DNA of 64,000 nt from a virus, in IMG/VR virus record IMGVR_UViG_3300044710_000137, positions 20,546-84,545 of that record, one strand, 5' to 3'. The position numbers and the translations under genes are program-made. Shown here piece by piece: positions 28,097-39,141 of this stretch; position 1 is the stretch's first letter; each line of letters begins with the position of its first letter. The notes beneath the pieces are model-generated. The model did no database searches and was not told the DNA's origin. It worked only from the letters and a program-made list of their open reading frames with translations.

Positions 28097-28410
28097 CGGC
28101 GAATGGATTTACAGTGCCACTGACTGGCGCTGCGGGCGGCGTCGCGGGCGCTAACGGCAGTGGCGGCTGCACCTGCGGCTTGACGACGAACATCTCATGC
28201 CCAGTCCACGGCATCCGCTACGACTCTTGGACATACACCCAACAAGTTCCATACTCGACCGAGAAGTGGGGTTTTTGTCCCTCCGACGGGCACAAGCTCG
28301 ATACGAACTGGAAGTATTGTCCGTCCTGCGGGAGGGCTATAGGCACGATGCAAACCACTTGGCCGCAGATCGTCCTCTACAACGGGACGCACAACCAAGG
28401 CGCGGATTAG
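28084..28410 (+). CDS. double zinc-ribbon protein
   Basis: FCPSDG.KL...WKYCPSCG. Confidence 0.6.
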   Translation: MEALTANGFTVPLTGAAGGVAGANGSGGCTCGLTTNISCPVHGIRYDSWTYTQQVPYSTEKWGFCPSDGHKLDTNWKYCPSCGRAIGTMQTTWPQIVLYNGTHNQGAD

Positions 28411-28441
28411 GCTCCGCACCCAACATCACAAAAAAGGAAGA

Positions 28442-28798
28442 ATGACGAAACAACAGGCAACGAAAGAACTGGGCGCGCAGACGCATCGCGTGGCCTATCT
28501 GGAGCAATTACTCGAGGAGGCTTTCGCGGACCGCGAGAAGTTGAGCGACGGCGTGGAGTCTTACAGCCGCCGCGCGGCCTACGCCGAGTCGTGCTTTAAG
28601 AAAGCTGAATGGCAGAATGGGGCACTCAGGGAGCAGGTAAACCAATTGAACGCCCAGAATCAGCAGCTCGCCAAGGACAACCTCCAGATGAAGAACAACC
28701 TGGACGTGTTCCGCAACCGCTTCGTCTCGCGCCAGATGGACATGAAGAGCGAAGCGCTCTTCTGGAACATCGACATCCAGTCCCTAATCAAGAGCTAG
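28442..28798 (+). CDS. coiled-coil hypothetical protein
   Basis: AAGGAAG RBS; heptad pattern. Confidence 0.6.
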   Translation: MTKQQATKELGAQTHRVAYLEQLLEEAFADREKLSDGVESYSRRAAYAESCFKKAEWQNGALREQVNQLNAQNQQLAKDNLQMKNNLDVFRNRFVSRQMDMKSEALFWNIDIQSLIKS

Positions 28799-29412
28799 GG
28801 CGCGGTCTTCTCCGCGGTCTTCTCCGCTGGCTTCTCCTCCGCGATTTCCTTGATTTCCACACACAAAGGCGTGACTGCGGCCATAAATTCTCTTGGTTTC
28901 GCCTTGGCGACCCGAATCCAATGCTCCGCGCCAATCAACCCGTTCGCCTGGTCAAAGTTGCGGAATCCATGCTCGGCTCCCTTCTGTTGCTCTTCCGTCA
29001 TTGAATTACCTCGCTTTGAACGGGCGCGGCGGGTGTGGTCTCACCGCGCCCATTGGTTAGGGCTCAGTTAAACGCCGGTACCGGCGCCGCCGGCGCGCTG
29101 CGTTTGCGGCCAGACTTCGTTGACCAGATCCACCAGGATGCTGGGATTCTCGCTCTGGTTCACGTAGATCGACGCGGCCATGACTGGCGTAAGGTCCAGC
29201 GTGCCGACGCAGAAGTCGATCAAGTTGCCCGTGGGTGGGGTGGTGCGGAGCACTTTACGGAAGGCGTCGATGTTCGAGCCGATCCGTCCATACACGGATT
29301 GCGCTGCATCCGTTGTCAAATGCAGGGTTCCAGTGCAGTACTGGATGAATTTTTCTTTCAAGTTGATTTGGTACCTCCTGACTTGAACTATAGCGCTTCC
29401 AAAGATTTATAT

Positions 29413-29449
29413 GTTGATGCCGCGCCGGTCAGGCCTGCCCGGCGCTGGT
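29413..29449 (-). repeat. family A hairpin element
   Basis: GTTGATGCCGC...GCTGGT. Confidence 0.9.
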
Positions 29450-29795
29450 AGAACCGTCCCAATGAAAATTCTGTCAGGGTCCGCTACAGTATGTGGAAAT
29501 AGGGTATACCGCGATAGCGGCGATCTCTTCGCCCTGGACTTGCCCATCCGCCTCTCGATCAATAACGACGCCTGCACACTACCGCCAAAGACCACCACGG
29601 CTTCGGAGCATCGCATCGTCTGGGAGGACCACGGGGTTGTCACGGTGTCCAGGATCCCCCCGGCCGGCGCGCCGATTTACTGGTGCCAGATGCGTCCCTC
29701 CAGATGGCGCGATATCGCCTCGGGCCTGGTCCGCGCGGTCTTCTCCGGACTAGGCGCTTTTCAGGGAAATTGACGCCCGCCACCCGAATGCTGGA

Positions 29796-29835
29796 ACCAG
29801 CGCGGGACACGGCTTGTGGCCCGCGCGGCATCAAC
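29796..29835 (+). repeat. family A hairpin element
   Basis: ACCAGC...GCGGCATCAAC. Confidence 0.9.
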
Positions 29836-29851
29836 ATATAAGCCTTTGCAA

Positions 29852-29992
29852 ATGCCATTCGTCAGCCAAGCACAAGAGAAGAAATTCCGAGAACTCGTAG
29901 CAACCAAGCAGATGAAGCAATCAGTCTACGACGAATGGTTGAAAGCCACCCCCGACCTGAAGAAGCTTCCCATCCGTTTAAAGAAGAAGTAA
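29852..29992 (+). CDS. small phage late protein (MPF.S.AQ type)
   Basis: MPFVSQAQEKKF...EWLKATPDLKKLP; follows an A element. Confidence 0.65.
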   Translation: MPFVSQAQEKKFRELVATKQMKQSVYDEWLKATPDLKKLPIRLKKK

Positions 29993-30813
29993 TCAATGCC
30001 ATTCCAGCAAATCCTATGGAACTCGGAGACGTTCACGTGGACAAGATATCCAGCTTTGCTCGCCGAACTCGGGTTTCGAACCAACGCGGCCGGATTTCTG
30101 TTAGCCCAGGAAGCAAAAACACATCGGGACAGGATTTACAAAATCCTGGAGTAGCCGGCATGACCGTTTCACTGCCGCGCATCCCAGATCCGGCAGCCGA
30201 AGCGGACGTGCTGTGGGAAGGCTTGGAATTCCTTCTGACGCATAAATGCTGCGGATTCACTTGCTCCGAGTGCGACCGCTTGAATGCCGTGCGGAGTATT
30301 TTACTCGCCCGGTGGACGTGAGCCGCTCGCTCGCTGTTTTGACCACTGCATCAGGTATCGAATCGGCGAATCAATAGAGCGCCGGCTGACGTCCGGATGC
30401 GGATCGCTGGCGACCCAATTAACGAATAGCCTCTGAAGGGCGGCATGCTGGATCTCAGGCTCGCGGCGCAGTAAATGACGCCGGGCAAGAAACGCGGAAA
30501 GAAACGCGGAAGCAAAGATGGCGGCGATACAGGGCCACGCGTGGACCACCTTTACGGTGCTCCAGACGCCTTCGGCATCGCATCGCCCCACACCCACCCG
30601 CTGATTTTCGATAGGGCGAAGAACCCGACGATCTCACCGGCGAGACCACGCAGTTCAAAGTGAACGTCCGTACCGTCGCCGCTGGCTTTCTCCTCGACCG
30701 ATACAGCCTGTAGCTTCACAATCCCCGCGGCGCTGAAGACGTAGAAGTCGCGCATCTTCGGCTTCGGACTCGCCACACTTGCCGCTTTAGGCATACCCCC
30801 AGGATACCGCTTT

Positions 30814-31200
30814 ATGTCCGCACTCCCCATTTCCGCCCAAGCCGTGCTCGCTTATAACAACGGCGCCGGCATCAACATCCAGCTCCCCGAGACATCCAGC
30901 GCCACAGCCGTAGCGATCGCGGGCGTGAACTTTAACGGCAGCTCCATGGTTGTGCCCACGACTTCCGGCGGTACCGCAATCCCTCTCGGCGCATTACAGA
31001 ACCTCGGGCTTGCCTGCTTCCAGAATCTCGACCCCACCAATTATTGCGAAATCCTGACCGCTGTCAGCGGCACCGCCATCATAAAGCTGAACGCCGGCGA
31101 TCCGCCGTTCCTATTCCGCTTCGGGCCTGGAATTACCGCGCCTGCGCTTATTGCACATACGGCCACGACGCTCGTCCAGTGGCTCATTTTGGAAAATTGA
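30814..31200 (+). CDS. putative structural beta-sandwich protein
   Basis: Ala/Gly/Thr-rich; NLD.TNY motif. Confidence 0.55.
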   Translation: MSALPISAQAVLAYNNGAGINIQLPETSSATAVAIAGVNFNGSSMVVPTTSGGTAIPLGALQNLGLACFQNLDPTNYCEILTAVSGTAIIKLNAGDPPFLFRFGPGITAPALIAHTATTLVQWLILEN

Positions 31201-31369
31201 TGACGGACTTCCGCGCCTGGCGCGAAGACCTCGACCATCGCGAGTACGAATATCTGCTGGCGCGCGAAGAACCCCCGCGGGTCGATCCGCAGCGGCGTTT
31301 CGGGCTGACCGCGGACGATGGCGCGTTTCTCGGCGCGATTGAGAAGGCTTTCCGGGACGAGGTGCGGTA

Positions 31370-32158
31370 GTGCCGTTTTTGTGCACCTGCACTTGGGAAG
31401 AGGTGCCCCATCTCGGTGGAAAAGAGAAAACCGAACTCCTCCTCACCTATCCTCCCCACCAGCGCGATGCCCGAACCAAAGGGGTACCGCAGTTAGGCGC
31501 GGGCGCGGTCTATCCGATGCTCGAAGAGGAAATCCTCTACGATTATTTCGACATTCCACCATACTGGCCGCGAATGTTTGCGTTAGACGTAGGTTGGAAT
31601 CGTTCGGCAGCACTGTGGGGCGCGCTGGACCGGGACAGCGACCGGCTGTTCATCTATAGTGAACACTACCAGGGCAGGCTGACGCCACACGAGCACGCGC
31701 GCATCATCAAGGCGCGTGGGTCCTGGATACCCGGCGTAATCGATCCAGCCTCGCGCGGATCGAGCCAAGCGGACGGCGAAAAGATTGTCGAACTCTACCG
31801 CGCGGAAGGGTTGGATCTCACCTACGCGGACAATAACGTCGAAGCCGGCATCTATGACGTTTGGCAGCGGCTACAGAACAACCGGCTGAAGATTTGCAAG
31901 ACGCTCATCAATCTGCGCCAGGAATACCGGCTCTACCGGCGCAACCCGAAAGACGGGCATGTCGTCAAGCCGAGATTGCCCCAGGAATTGCCTGAAGGGC
32001 GAACGGCCGCGGAGTACGGCGATCATTTGCTCGACTGCCTCCGCTATATGTGCCGTGGATTGCAAGTTATGAAACAGGCGCCCGTGGTGCCGAAGCGCGG
32101 TCCCGGATCGCAAGCCGAATGGAAGCAGCCAACCGGGCCCCTCGGTTGGATGGCGTAA
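31370..32158 (+). CDS. terL: terminase large subunit, C-terminal part (lid/linker plus RNase H-like nuclease)
   Basis: TWEEVPHL...YPPHQRDAR.KG.P.LG.G.VY; ALDVGW; DPAS; DHLLDCLRY; GTG start coupled to an upstream TAG. Confidence 0.92.
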   Translation: MPFLCTCTWEEVPHLGGKEKTELLLTYPPHQRDARTKGVPQLGAGAVYPMLEEEILYDYFDIPPYWPRMFALDVGWNRSAALWGALDRDSDRLFIYSEHYQGRLTPHEHARIIKARGSWIPGVIDPASRGSSQADGEKIVELYRAEGLDLTYADNNVEAGIYDVWQRLQNNRLKICKTLINLRQEYRLYRRNPKDGHVVKPRLPQELPEGRTAAEYGDHLLDCLRYMCRGLQVMKQAPVVPKRGPGSQAEWKQPTGPLGWMA

Positions 32159-32162
32159 ACGC

Positions 32163-32465
32163 CTACCGCTTTACTGCCGTATTCAGGGTGAACACCATGC
32201 GCGCAGTACCCCCGCTCGGCCGCCATCCCAAGCTTTGAAGCCTTTCGAGGCTGATGCGGCGGCGCTCCATGGCCTCTGCTATCTCGGCTTCCAATGCACG
32301 GCGGTTATGGATCAAGCGCACTTTGAGCCATACATTGACGCCCACCAGCACGGATTCCAAGACAAACCACCAAACCTTCCGGTAATATCCTGTCGGAATG
32401 CCGACCCCCAGAACAATCGCGACCAGCAAAAGCACGATCCACCACTCGCGCAAGAAACGCCGCAT
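32163..32465 (-). CDS. two-helix membrane protein
   Basis: two hydrophobic segments; TAAACT-N6-ATG start context. Confidence 0.6.
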   Translation of the reverse strand: MRRFLREWWIVLLLVAIVLGVGIPTGYYRKVWWFVLESVLVGVNVWLKVRLIHNRRALEAEIAEAMERRRISLERLQSLGWRPSGGTARMVFTLNTAVKR

Positions 32466-32706
32466 TGGCTCAGTTTAACCCCAAAAAAGGAAAAAGCAAT
32501 GACCACCGATAAAACAGTGAACACGGGCATCAACTATAAGGAAGTGCCCATGGGAACCGGATCGTATGGAACTCCCAAAGGAACGCCGGATGTAAAGAAA
32601 GCAGGGACAGTAGCGGACCTGAAATCGAAGACGTCGGATGATTCCAGTGGTAAGGCGGAAAATCTGGGAGCCATGGGCGACTATTGTTGCAAAAAGTAAT
32701 TATGGG

Positions 32707-32800
32707 TTGGTGAGCCTCGGAAGCTGAGGCCGCCAGCCGTTCACCCAGGCCAATGGTGAGCGCTTGTTTGCCGCGTGTCACTTACCGCATGCTTGCCTGG
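32707..32800 (+). repeat. family B element
   Basis: TTGGTGAGCCTCG...GGCCAATGG...CCGCATGC. Confidence 0.85.
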
Positions 32801-32828
32801 TGATGGTGCCGCATCCCCGCCACGCCGA

Positions 32829-33308
32829 TCATCGCGGCTGGCCAATCAAAATAATCCGCTTCCCAACCATGGGCAGCTCCGTTCGCTCGACAGTGTGCGT
32901 CCGGCTCGCCAGCTTGCATAGATGCTCCAGCCAGGGGCGCTCACTGTAAGTCTCCCAGAACGGGACCGCATCCGGTTTAATGCAGCACGGGCAAATCACG
33001 AACGGGACGCCATGACGCGCTGCGTACAACACGATATGGTCCGTAGCTTCATCCGGGTGCATGCCCAGCACCAGGCGATAGTCTTCAGGCCCGTCGTATC
33101 GGAAGTACGCGTACTTTTGCCCGGGGCGCCCTTTGGCTAACCGGTGCCGTTTGTCGATGGTTATGACGCGCCGGAACCCGCGCTCGCGCAACGCCGCCTG
33201 GAGATAACCCTTACCGCCAGCCACGTCTGCGACCAGGGAATTGTGGAAGCGCGAAAATCTGGACTCCACAAGAGTGGCGAACAGATCGAACCTCCGCGCA
33301 TCGCCCAT
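32829..33308 (-). CDS. SAM-dependent methyltransferase-like protein
   Basis: VADVAGGKG.L motif I; GMHPDEATD; PCC. Confidence 0.7.
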   Translation of the reverse strand: MGDARRFDLFATLVESRFSRFHNSLVADVAGGKGYLQAALRERGFRRVITIDKRHRLAKGRPGQKYAYFRYDGPEDYRLVLGMHPDEATDHIVLYAARHGVPFVICPCCIKPDAVPFWETYSERPWLEHLCKLASRTHTVERTELPMVGKRIILIGQPR

Positions 33309-33466
33309 TGGCTACAGTCTACAGTGCCCGGCTACCAAATGCCAGGACAGTGCCGCTACCCAAGACCGGTCGGGCCATAGCCTAAAGCCGCGTGGCACAC
33401 CAGCACTGACGAGGTACAACTCAAGCGCGCGGGATGACCACAGCCGCGTAGCTCCCAAAAGACTGC

Positions 33467-33925
33467 ATGCGCATATCCCCTCCCGATTGGGTAGCTAAAC
33501 TCTCGAGTGAACTTCATCGCCTTCGTGACGCTGAAGACACTTCCATTGAAGCTGTAAACCTTCGCGCCAGGGAAGTAAGAGACCATGGCCCCGCGGTATT
33601 CAAGCTCCTCGTGGAACAAGCCCGTAGCGCTTCCGCCATGCTTGGGCTCCTCTGTGATTCAAGAGCCAACTGGTTGATGATCAAGAATACCGGCGCACCC
33701 TTCAGGATGCTCCAGGCCACCTTGGATATCGAAGGCATGGGGATCGCCGTGAACTACACCTTGGGCTCGTTGATCGGCGGAAGGAACCCGGCCATCACCA
33801 AGGATTTCGTGGACATCCGCTTGTCGCCGCCCGAGAACTATCTGGTATTGGTTCACGCCGGCACGCAGTTGAAAGCGGCGGATGTGCTGGAAGTGCTATT
33901 CAGGAACGCGTTTCTCCCGAACTAG
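33467..33925 (+). CDS. hypothetical protein
   Basis: 152-aa ORF. Confidence 0.55.
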   Translation: MRISPPDWVAKLSSELHRLRDAEDTSIEAVNLRAREVRDHGPAVFKLLVEQARSASAMLGLLCDSRANWLMIKNTGAPFRMLQATLDIEGMGIAVNYTLGSLIGGRNPAITKDFVDIRLSPPENYLVLVHAGTQLKAADVLEVLFRNAFLPN

Positions 33926-33931
33926 GGCGCA

Positions 33932-34378
33932 ATGATTCAAATCACGCAAGACGAGAACGGGGCCTTACTTTCGGACGACCGCGCCATCCTGCCGGCCGGA
34001 ATGCTCGATCCGATCTTCGAATGGCTCCAGGATCTCAACAGCGACCGTCCGGACCAGCACCGGCGCTTCCGGCTGCCGATGGAACTCCCCGTCTGGCCGA
34101 TGGATGGTGAGTCTCCGGACTTCTCCGCGACGATAACCGAGAGGGTCCTCCTCTTCGAAAAGACGCAATGGGCGGCAACCAGCGATAACGTGACACGGTT
34201 GTTTATGGCCGCGAGATCGCTGAATTCCGACGAGCCAAAATATGAGATTCTGGGCCCGGAAGTTGCGCGGCGTCCCACCGTGGGCGGCTATCGGCTAATC
34301 TGTCGCGATCCGATCAGTGCGCAGTTAAAGTACCAAGCCTATCGCTTGGGATTACCACGCCCAGCCACCAGCCACTAG
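33932..34378 (+). CDS. hypothetical protein
   Basis: 148-aa ORF. Confidence 0.55.
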   Translation: MIQITQDENGALLSDDRAILPAGMLDPIFEWLQDLNSDRPDQHRRFRLPMELPVWPMDGESPDFSATITERVLLFEKTQWAATSDNVTRLFMAARSLNSDEPKYEILGPEVARRPTVGGYRLICRDPISAQLKYQAYRLGLPRPATSH

Positions 34379-34389
34379 CCACCGCTTTT

Positions 34390-35331
34390 TCAGCCACGGT
34401 ACTTAGGCTCGTCCCACCGCTCGATGACGTGCATCTTGAACACGCCCGCGGGCGTCTTCGCGCCTACCCCCGCGAACGGATCGCGGATACGCTCCACTTC
34501 GGTGACGCAGATCCGCACATCGTCGCCAAAGCGCTCCGCGATGGTCTTCACCGTTTCGAGGACGGGGAAGGGAACTGGGGTCTTACCCTCCGCGTTGTAG
34601 AGCCGTTTTCCAAGGCCGAAGTTGGACATGCCCACACCTTCGAGATCCTGCTTGCGCAGCGGGTACCAGTTCCACTTCGCATAACCGCCGATGCCATCCC
34701 AGTTCTGCGATGGCTTACATAGGCCGTCCAAGTAGGCTTTCACGGATTCGATGGGATACACCTCGATGAAGTTCTCCGCGAGGAACGCTTCCAATTCCGC
34801 ATTGATTGCCGCCGGATCGTAAATCCCCAGCGAACGCGCCAGAGTGCGGTATTCTTCGTCGCAGCCGGGATCGAGCGTGGAAACGGCCACGGCGGATTTC
34901 GTGGGCGCGATTGGTGGTGTTGGCTTTGATGGCTCGGTGTGTTGCCTAATCCGCGGGAAGTCTATCGTCCACCAGTCGAGAGAGCCAGTCAGCCTCGACG
35001 GCGGATCGAACCTTATCGGCGGACGCATCGACGCACTCCAATCATCCGGCTGGCGCATGTACCGATCCTCATGGCCGGGATTAGCCATATCCATAGCCAA
35101 ACGCTCCGCGTAGCCGGGCGGCAGAATCCGGGTGTCCACGATATCGCGGATAGCGTGCTGGATGGCCTCCATTCGAAGTATTGGATCGGCCGAGGCGACC
35201 CGCTCGCGCAAAATGTGCCGCGCAATAACTTCGGCACCCTGGCCGCTGCGAATCATCCTTTCCTCGAAGCTGCGTACTTCGATCTCGTGGGCCAGCGCCT
35301 CCGTTTCCATCACCGCTGTTTGAGTAGGCAT
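34390..35331 (-). CDS. hypothetical protein (antisense insert)
   Basis: start MPTQTAV preceded by TATGCT-N6. Confidence 0.6.
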   Translation of the reverse strand: MPTQTAVMETEALAHEIEVRSFEERMIRSGQGAEVIARHILRERVASADPILRMEAIQHAIRDIVDTRILPPGYAERLAMDMANPGHEDRYMRQPDDWSASMRPPIRFDPPSRLTGSLDWWTIDFPRIRQHTEPSKPTPPIAPTKSAVAVSTLDPGCDEEYRTLARSLGIYDPAAINAELEAFLAENFIEVYPIESVKAYLDGLCKPSQNWDGIGGYAKWNWYPLRKQDLEGVGMSNFGLGKRLYNAEGKTPVPFPVLETVKTIAERFGDDVRICVTEVERIRDPFAGVGAKTPAGVFKMHVIERWDEPKYRG

Positions 35332-35395
35332 ACCTGAAGCATAGCGCTTTCGCGCACCCAACACCCAGCACCTAGAACCCAGCACCCACCCCCAA

Positions 35396-37777
35396 TTGAC
35401 CAAAAAGCAGCAGCCGTCCTTCTCGATGCCCGCGCCGACGCCAAAAGGCCGAAGGCCGCGCAACCTCCGGACGACCGTTTCAAGCGGCCCCGAGCCGAAC
35501 AAGGATTTGACGGCGGTATCGGCCATCGATCCCGTTCCCGGTATTGACGGCGATCCCGAGAAGATCCGGCACGGCGAAATACTGATGCGCGCCAAAGCGC
35601 GATTTCGCAAGGCCAACGATGCCGACCAAAACGATAGGGCCGAAGCCTTATTGGATCTCAGGTTCTACGTGGGCCAGCAGTGGGACGACGGCGTATACAA
35701 CGAAAGATTTACGTCTGGCCGGCCGGCCGAGACGTTCAACCGCATCCAGCCCATCTGCCGCATGGTGGCGAACGAGTTTCGCCAACAGCGTCCCTCCGTC
35801 CAGGTGCGGCCCGTGGGATCGGGCGCCGACATTAGTGTTGCCGAACTATACGAGGGAATCGTCCGGCACATCGAAACGCAATCCGACGCGGAAACGGCGT
35901 ACGACTTCGCGGACGAAATGATGGTGGTCTGCGGGCGGGGCTCGTTCCGCTTCGTGTGCGAGTGGGTGGACGAACTGGACGAGACGGGCCACCCGCTGTG
36001 GATCCAGGAAATCAAAGTTCAGAAAATCCTGAATCCCTTCGCCGTCTATTGGGATCCCTCCGCGGTCCAGCCCGACAAATCGGACGCGCTCTACTGCTTC
36101 ATCACCGAGGACGTGGATCGCGACGAGTTCAAGGCGCAGTACCCGAATGCCTCGTTAACCTCGCTCTCCAATTTCCGTGGAACGGGCGACGAGCAGCTCT
36201 GGTTCCCGGAAGGCAATCGCATCCGGGTAGCCGAGTACTTCGAGATAACGAGTACGGAACGCAACGCCTGCATCATGCAGGATGGCACCGTGCGCTGGGA
36301 AGACGAACTCGCCGGTGAGAAACCGTTAGCCACGCGCGCCGTCAGCACGCAAAAGTGCGACTGGTACAAAATCTCGGGCGTTGAAGTCGTCGAGGAAGCC
36401 GTTATCCCCGGCGAATTCATCCCCGTGGTGACCATGCAGGGGCACGAGTACATCGTGCAGGACAAGCGCATGTCTATGGGCCTCGCCAGAACTATGCGGG
36501 GCGCGCAGCGCATGTACAACGTAGCCAGGAATGGGGCTATCGAGTGCGTCCTATTGGCTCCCAGGGCTCCCTGGATCGTGTGGGAAGGCCAGACCGAGAA
36601 CCACGAGCAGGAATGGAAACAGGCCAACATCCGCAACATGCCGTACCTGACCGTGCGGCCCGTCGCCGGTCCCGATGGCACGCTGTTACCCGCGCCAACC
36701 CGGAACACGTGGGAAGCGCCCATCCAGTCCATGACGCAGCTCATGGGCCAGGCGGATAACGATGTCAAGGCCACCAGTGGGATTTATGACGCAAGTCTGG
36801 GTAATAAAGATTCGCAGGACCGCAGCGGAAAAGCGATCCAGGCTCTCCAGACGCAAGGCGCCACCGCGACCTTCAGCTACTCGGACAACGCCGCACGGGG
36901 AATAAGGCAAGCGGGCGCCATTATGACGTCCATGATTCCGCACATCTACGACACGGCGCGGGTTCAGCGCATAGTCAAGCCGGACGGCTCGGCCGAGATG
37001 ATCCCGATCAACCAGCACTTCCAGTTGGTACCGGGCGAAGACGGACGCATTGAAAACAAACTGCTGGACGCCGCTATCCCCGGCATGTCCAAATTCCACG
37101 ACTTGACCATCGGCAAATACGATGTCGTGGTGGCGATGGGTCCTTCCTTCCAGACCAAGCGGCAGGAAGCATTTTCGTTATTGGTCGATCTCGCCAAGGC
37201 GTTCCCGCAAATTATGCAGGTTGCGGGCGACATCATCACCGCCAACTGGGACGCGCCGTTCGCGCAGGAATTGTCGAAGCGCCTCAAATTCCTGTTGCCT
37301 CCGGCCATTCAACAGGCCGAAGCGCAAACCGCCGGCCAGCAGGCTATCAGCCCCGCCGCCTTCGCCCAACAACAGCAGATTATCCAGGGGTTACAGGCAC
37401 AATTGCAACAACTGGTTCAGGTATTGCGCGAGAAGAAGATAGAGGCGGACGGCAAGACCAGGATCGCGCTGATGAACAATATCGCGGGCATCATCGAGGC
37501 GGAGGTCAAGGCCGGAAGCGTTTCGGCTGGCGGACTGGCCCAGATGAACATGGACGCCGTAGGGCGCATGGTGGATATGATGATGGCCTCCGCGCAAGCA
37601 GACCAGGCGGACGCCGCGGCTACGCAGGAGCAAACGCATCAGGCAGGATTGGCGCAAGCTCAACAGGGCCACGAAGCGGACCTCGCGGCTCAACAGCAAC
37701 AGCACGAGAAAGATTTAGCCGCTATGCCGCCGGCAGCCGCGCCCCAGGGTAGCGGTTCAATGCCTCTTGCCGCGTGA
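35396..37777 (+). CDS. portal protein (P22 gp1-like)
   Basis: D..FY.G.QW, GRP..TFNRI, G.G..R, Q..YN, SGKAI.A...QG, G.YDV....GPS..T.RQE; Gln/Ala-rich barrel tail. Confidence 0.95.
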   Translation: MTKKQQPSFSMPAPTPKGRRPRNLRTTVSSGPEPNKDLTAVSAIDPVPGIDGDPEKIRHGEILMRAKARFRKANDADQNDRAEALLDLRFYVGQQWDDGVYNERFTSGRPAETFNRIQPICRMVANEFRQQRPSVQVRPVGSGADISVAELYEGIVRHIETQSDAETAYDFADEMMVVCGRGSFRFVCEWVDELDETGHPLWIQEIKVQKILNPFAVYWDPSAVQPDKSDALYCFITEDVDRDEFKAQYPNASLTSLSNFRGTGDEQLWFPEGNRIRVAEYFEITSTERNACIMQDGTVRWEDELAGEKPLATRAVSTQKCDWYKISGVEVVEEAVIPGEFIPVVTMQGHEYIVQDKRMSMGLARTMRGAQRMYNVARNGAIECVLLAPRAPWIVWEGQTENHEQEWKQANIRNMPYLTVRPVAGPDGTLLPAPTRNTWEAPIQSMTQLMGQADNDVKATSGIYDASLGNKDSQDRSGKAIQALQTQGATATFSYSDNAARGIRQAGAIMTSMIPHIYDTARVQRIVKPDGSAEMIPINQHFQLVPGEDGRIENKLLDAAIPGMSKFHDLTIGKYDVVVAMGPSFQTKRQEAFSLLVDLAKAFPQIMQVAGDIITANWDAPFAQELSKRLKFLLPPAIQQAEAQTAGQQAISPAAFAQQQQIIQGLQAQLQQLVQVLREKKIEADGKTRIALMNNIAGIIEAEVKAGSVSAGGLAQMNMDAVGRMVDMMMASAQADQADAAATQEQTHQAGLAQAQQGHEADLAAQQQQHEKDLAAMPPAAAPQGSGSMPLAA

Positions 37778-38338
37778 GGGTTTCGTTAATGATGACGCCG
37801 CTGTAGAATTGCAGGTCGCGGCAACGCTCCTCCTCCAATTTCTCCCAGTGTGCCTGTATTCGCGCCCACGCGGGTCGCATGTAGCACCTGTCGAATTCTT
37901 CTAAGCTGAGGTAATACGGCCAGGGAAAAGCCGCCTTCGGTATTGAGATGAGCCTCGCCCCCGGACGCCATAGCAGCTTCTCCGGGTCCAGCGCGGCTCC
38001 AGCCAGGATAGCGAACAGGGCGCGGCGGGTTAAGGCAGCGTTCGGCATCACAGCCCCTCCGACTCGTCTGCATCGGTAATCCGTACCGGGTCCATACCCC
38101 GTTCCTTCATGGCCTGCTCTTTCAAGAGCACGTTCAGGTGCGGGCGTATTTCAGCCTCTTTCTCGGATGGACAAGGCAACGCAAGAATCTCGAAATGCGA
38201 ATTAGCGTCGTAGTCAATCTCGAAACAGTATGTACCCACATGCCGTTGGCCTTCGGGTTTATGCTTGTCCACGATTGAGACGCCGATAATCATAGGCTCA
38301 CGACTCCGATCTTACCAGCCCCTACCCCTTTTTAGGTA

Positions 38339-38428
38339 TTGGCGAGCTTCGAGCTTTTGGCGCCCGCGAACATCGGGCCAATGGGTGAGCGCTTCACTGC
38401 CGCGCACCTTTCGCCGCATGCCCGACTG
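38339..38428 (+). repeat. family B element
   Basis: TTGGCGAGCTTCG...GGCCAATGGGTG...CCGCATGCCCG. Confidence 0.85.
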
Positions 38429-38688
38429 ATGACGGCGCTGCATTTCCCCCACGTCCAGCCACCAGCCACCGACCACCAGCCACCGCCTTTATGACGCGCG
38501 CCCAATCCAAAAAACACGGCAAGATCCCCTCGGACCTGGTGCCGTCGATCCTGCGCGGCCGCGGAAACAACCCGCCAGTGCCCGCCAGCCAATTGCGTAA
38601 ATGGTCCCGCATGCGCCTCGAAACCTTCCTGCGTAACGGCCAGCCTCCAACCCCGGTAAACAAGCGTTTCTAAAAAGGATTTCTCTCC

Positions 38689-39141
38689 ATGTACACTCCC
38701 GCGTTCATCTCGAAGCAAGGCTCGTTCGATAGCGATATCAACGGCCAATTGAATCTGAATTTCCTCCTGGCCACCCTCTCCATGGGTCTTGGCGCGCCCT
38801 CCGCGATCGCCGCGTCCGGCGCCGTGAATCCGAACGTCTCGGGTTGCTACGTCATCACCAAATCGACTGCCTTAGCGGCTCTGACTTTGGCCGCTCCGAT
38901 TGCCGGCGCGCCGCAGTTCAATGCGCAAGGCGTCAACGTGGGCGGCAACGACGGAACGATTATCTTCTTCACCTCGAATTCGGCGTATGCGCACACCGTC
39001 ACGGCGACGGGACTCTACCAGGACGGCGCGGGCGATGTGAACCTGGCGACGTTTGCGGCGCATGCCGGGGCGTCGTTCGCCATCTGGGCGTACAACGGCA
39101 AGTGGAATACGCTGTTTTTGCAAAACGTCACGATGAGCTAG
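38689..39141 (+). CDS. putative capsid decoration/cement protein
   Basis: ALTLAAP....DG..I...S..AYAHTVT...A.NG.W motif; located between portal and scaffold. Confidence 0.55.
   Translation: MYTPAFISKQGSFDSDINGQLNLNFLLATLSMGLGAPSAIAASGAVNPNVSGCYVITKSTALAALTLAAPIAGAPQFNAQGVNVGGNDGTIIFFTSNSAYAHTVTATGLYQDGAGDVNLATFAAHAGASFAIWAYNGKWNTLFLQNVTMS

Noticed and set aside
24698-31369. Group I/II intron, intein or excisable element interrupting terL
   Set aside because: No recognisable intron core, RT/maturase, intein motifs or flanking direct repeats by eye, and TerL-C has its own coupled start. Not formally excluded without RT-PCR.
35332-35616. N-terminal extension of the 408-aa minus ORF
   Set aside because: Overlaps the portal gene and a heptamer repeat; the start at 35331 has a better context.
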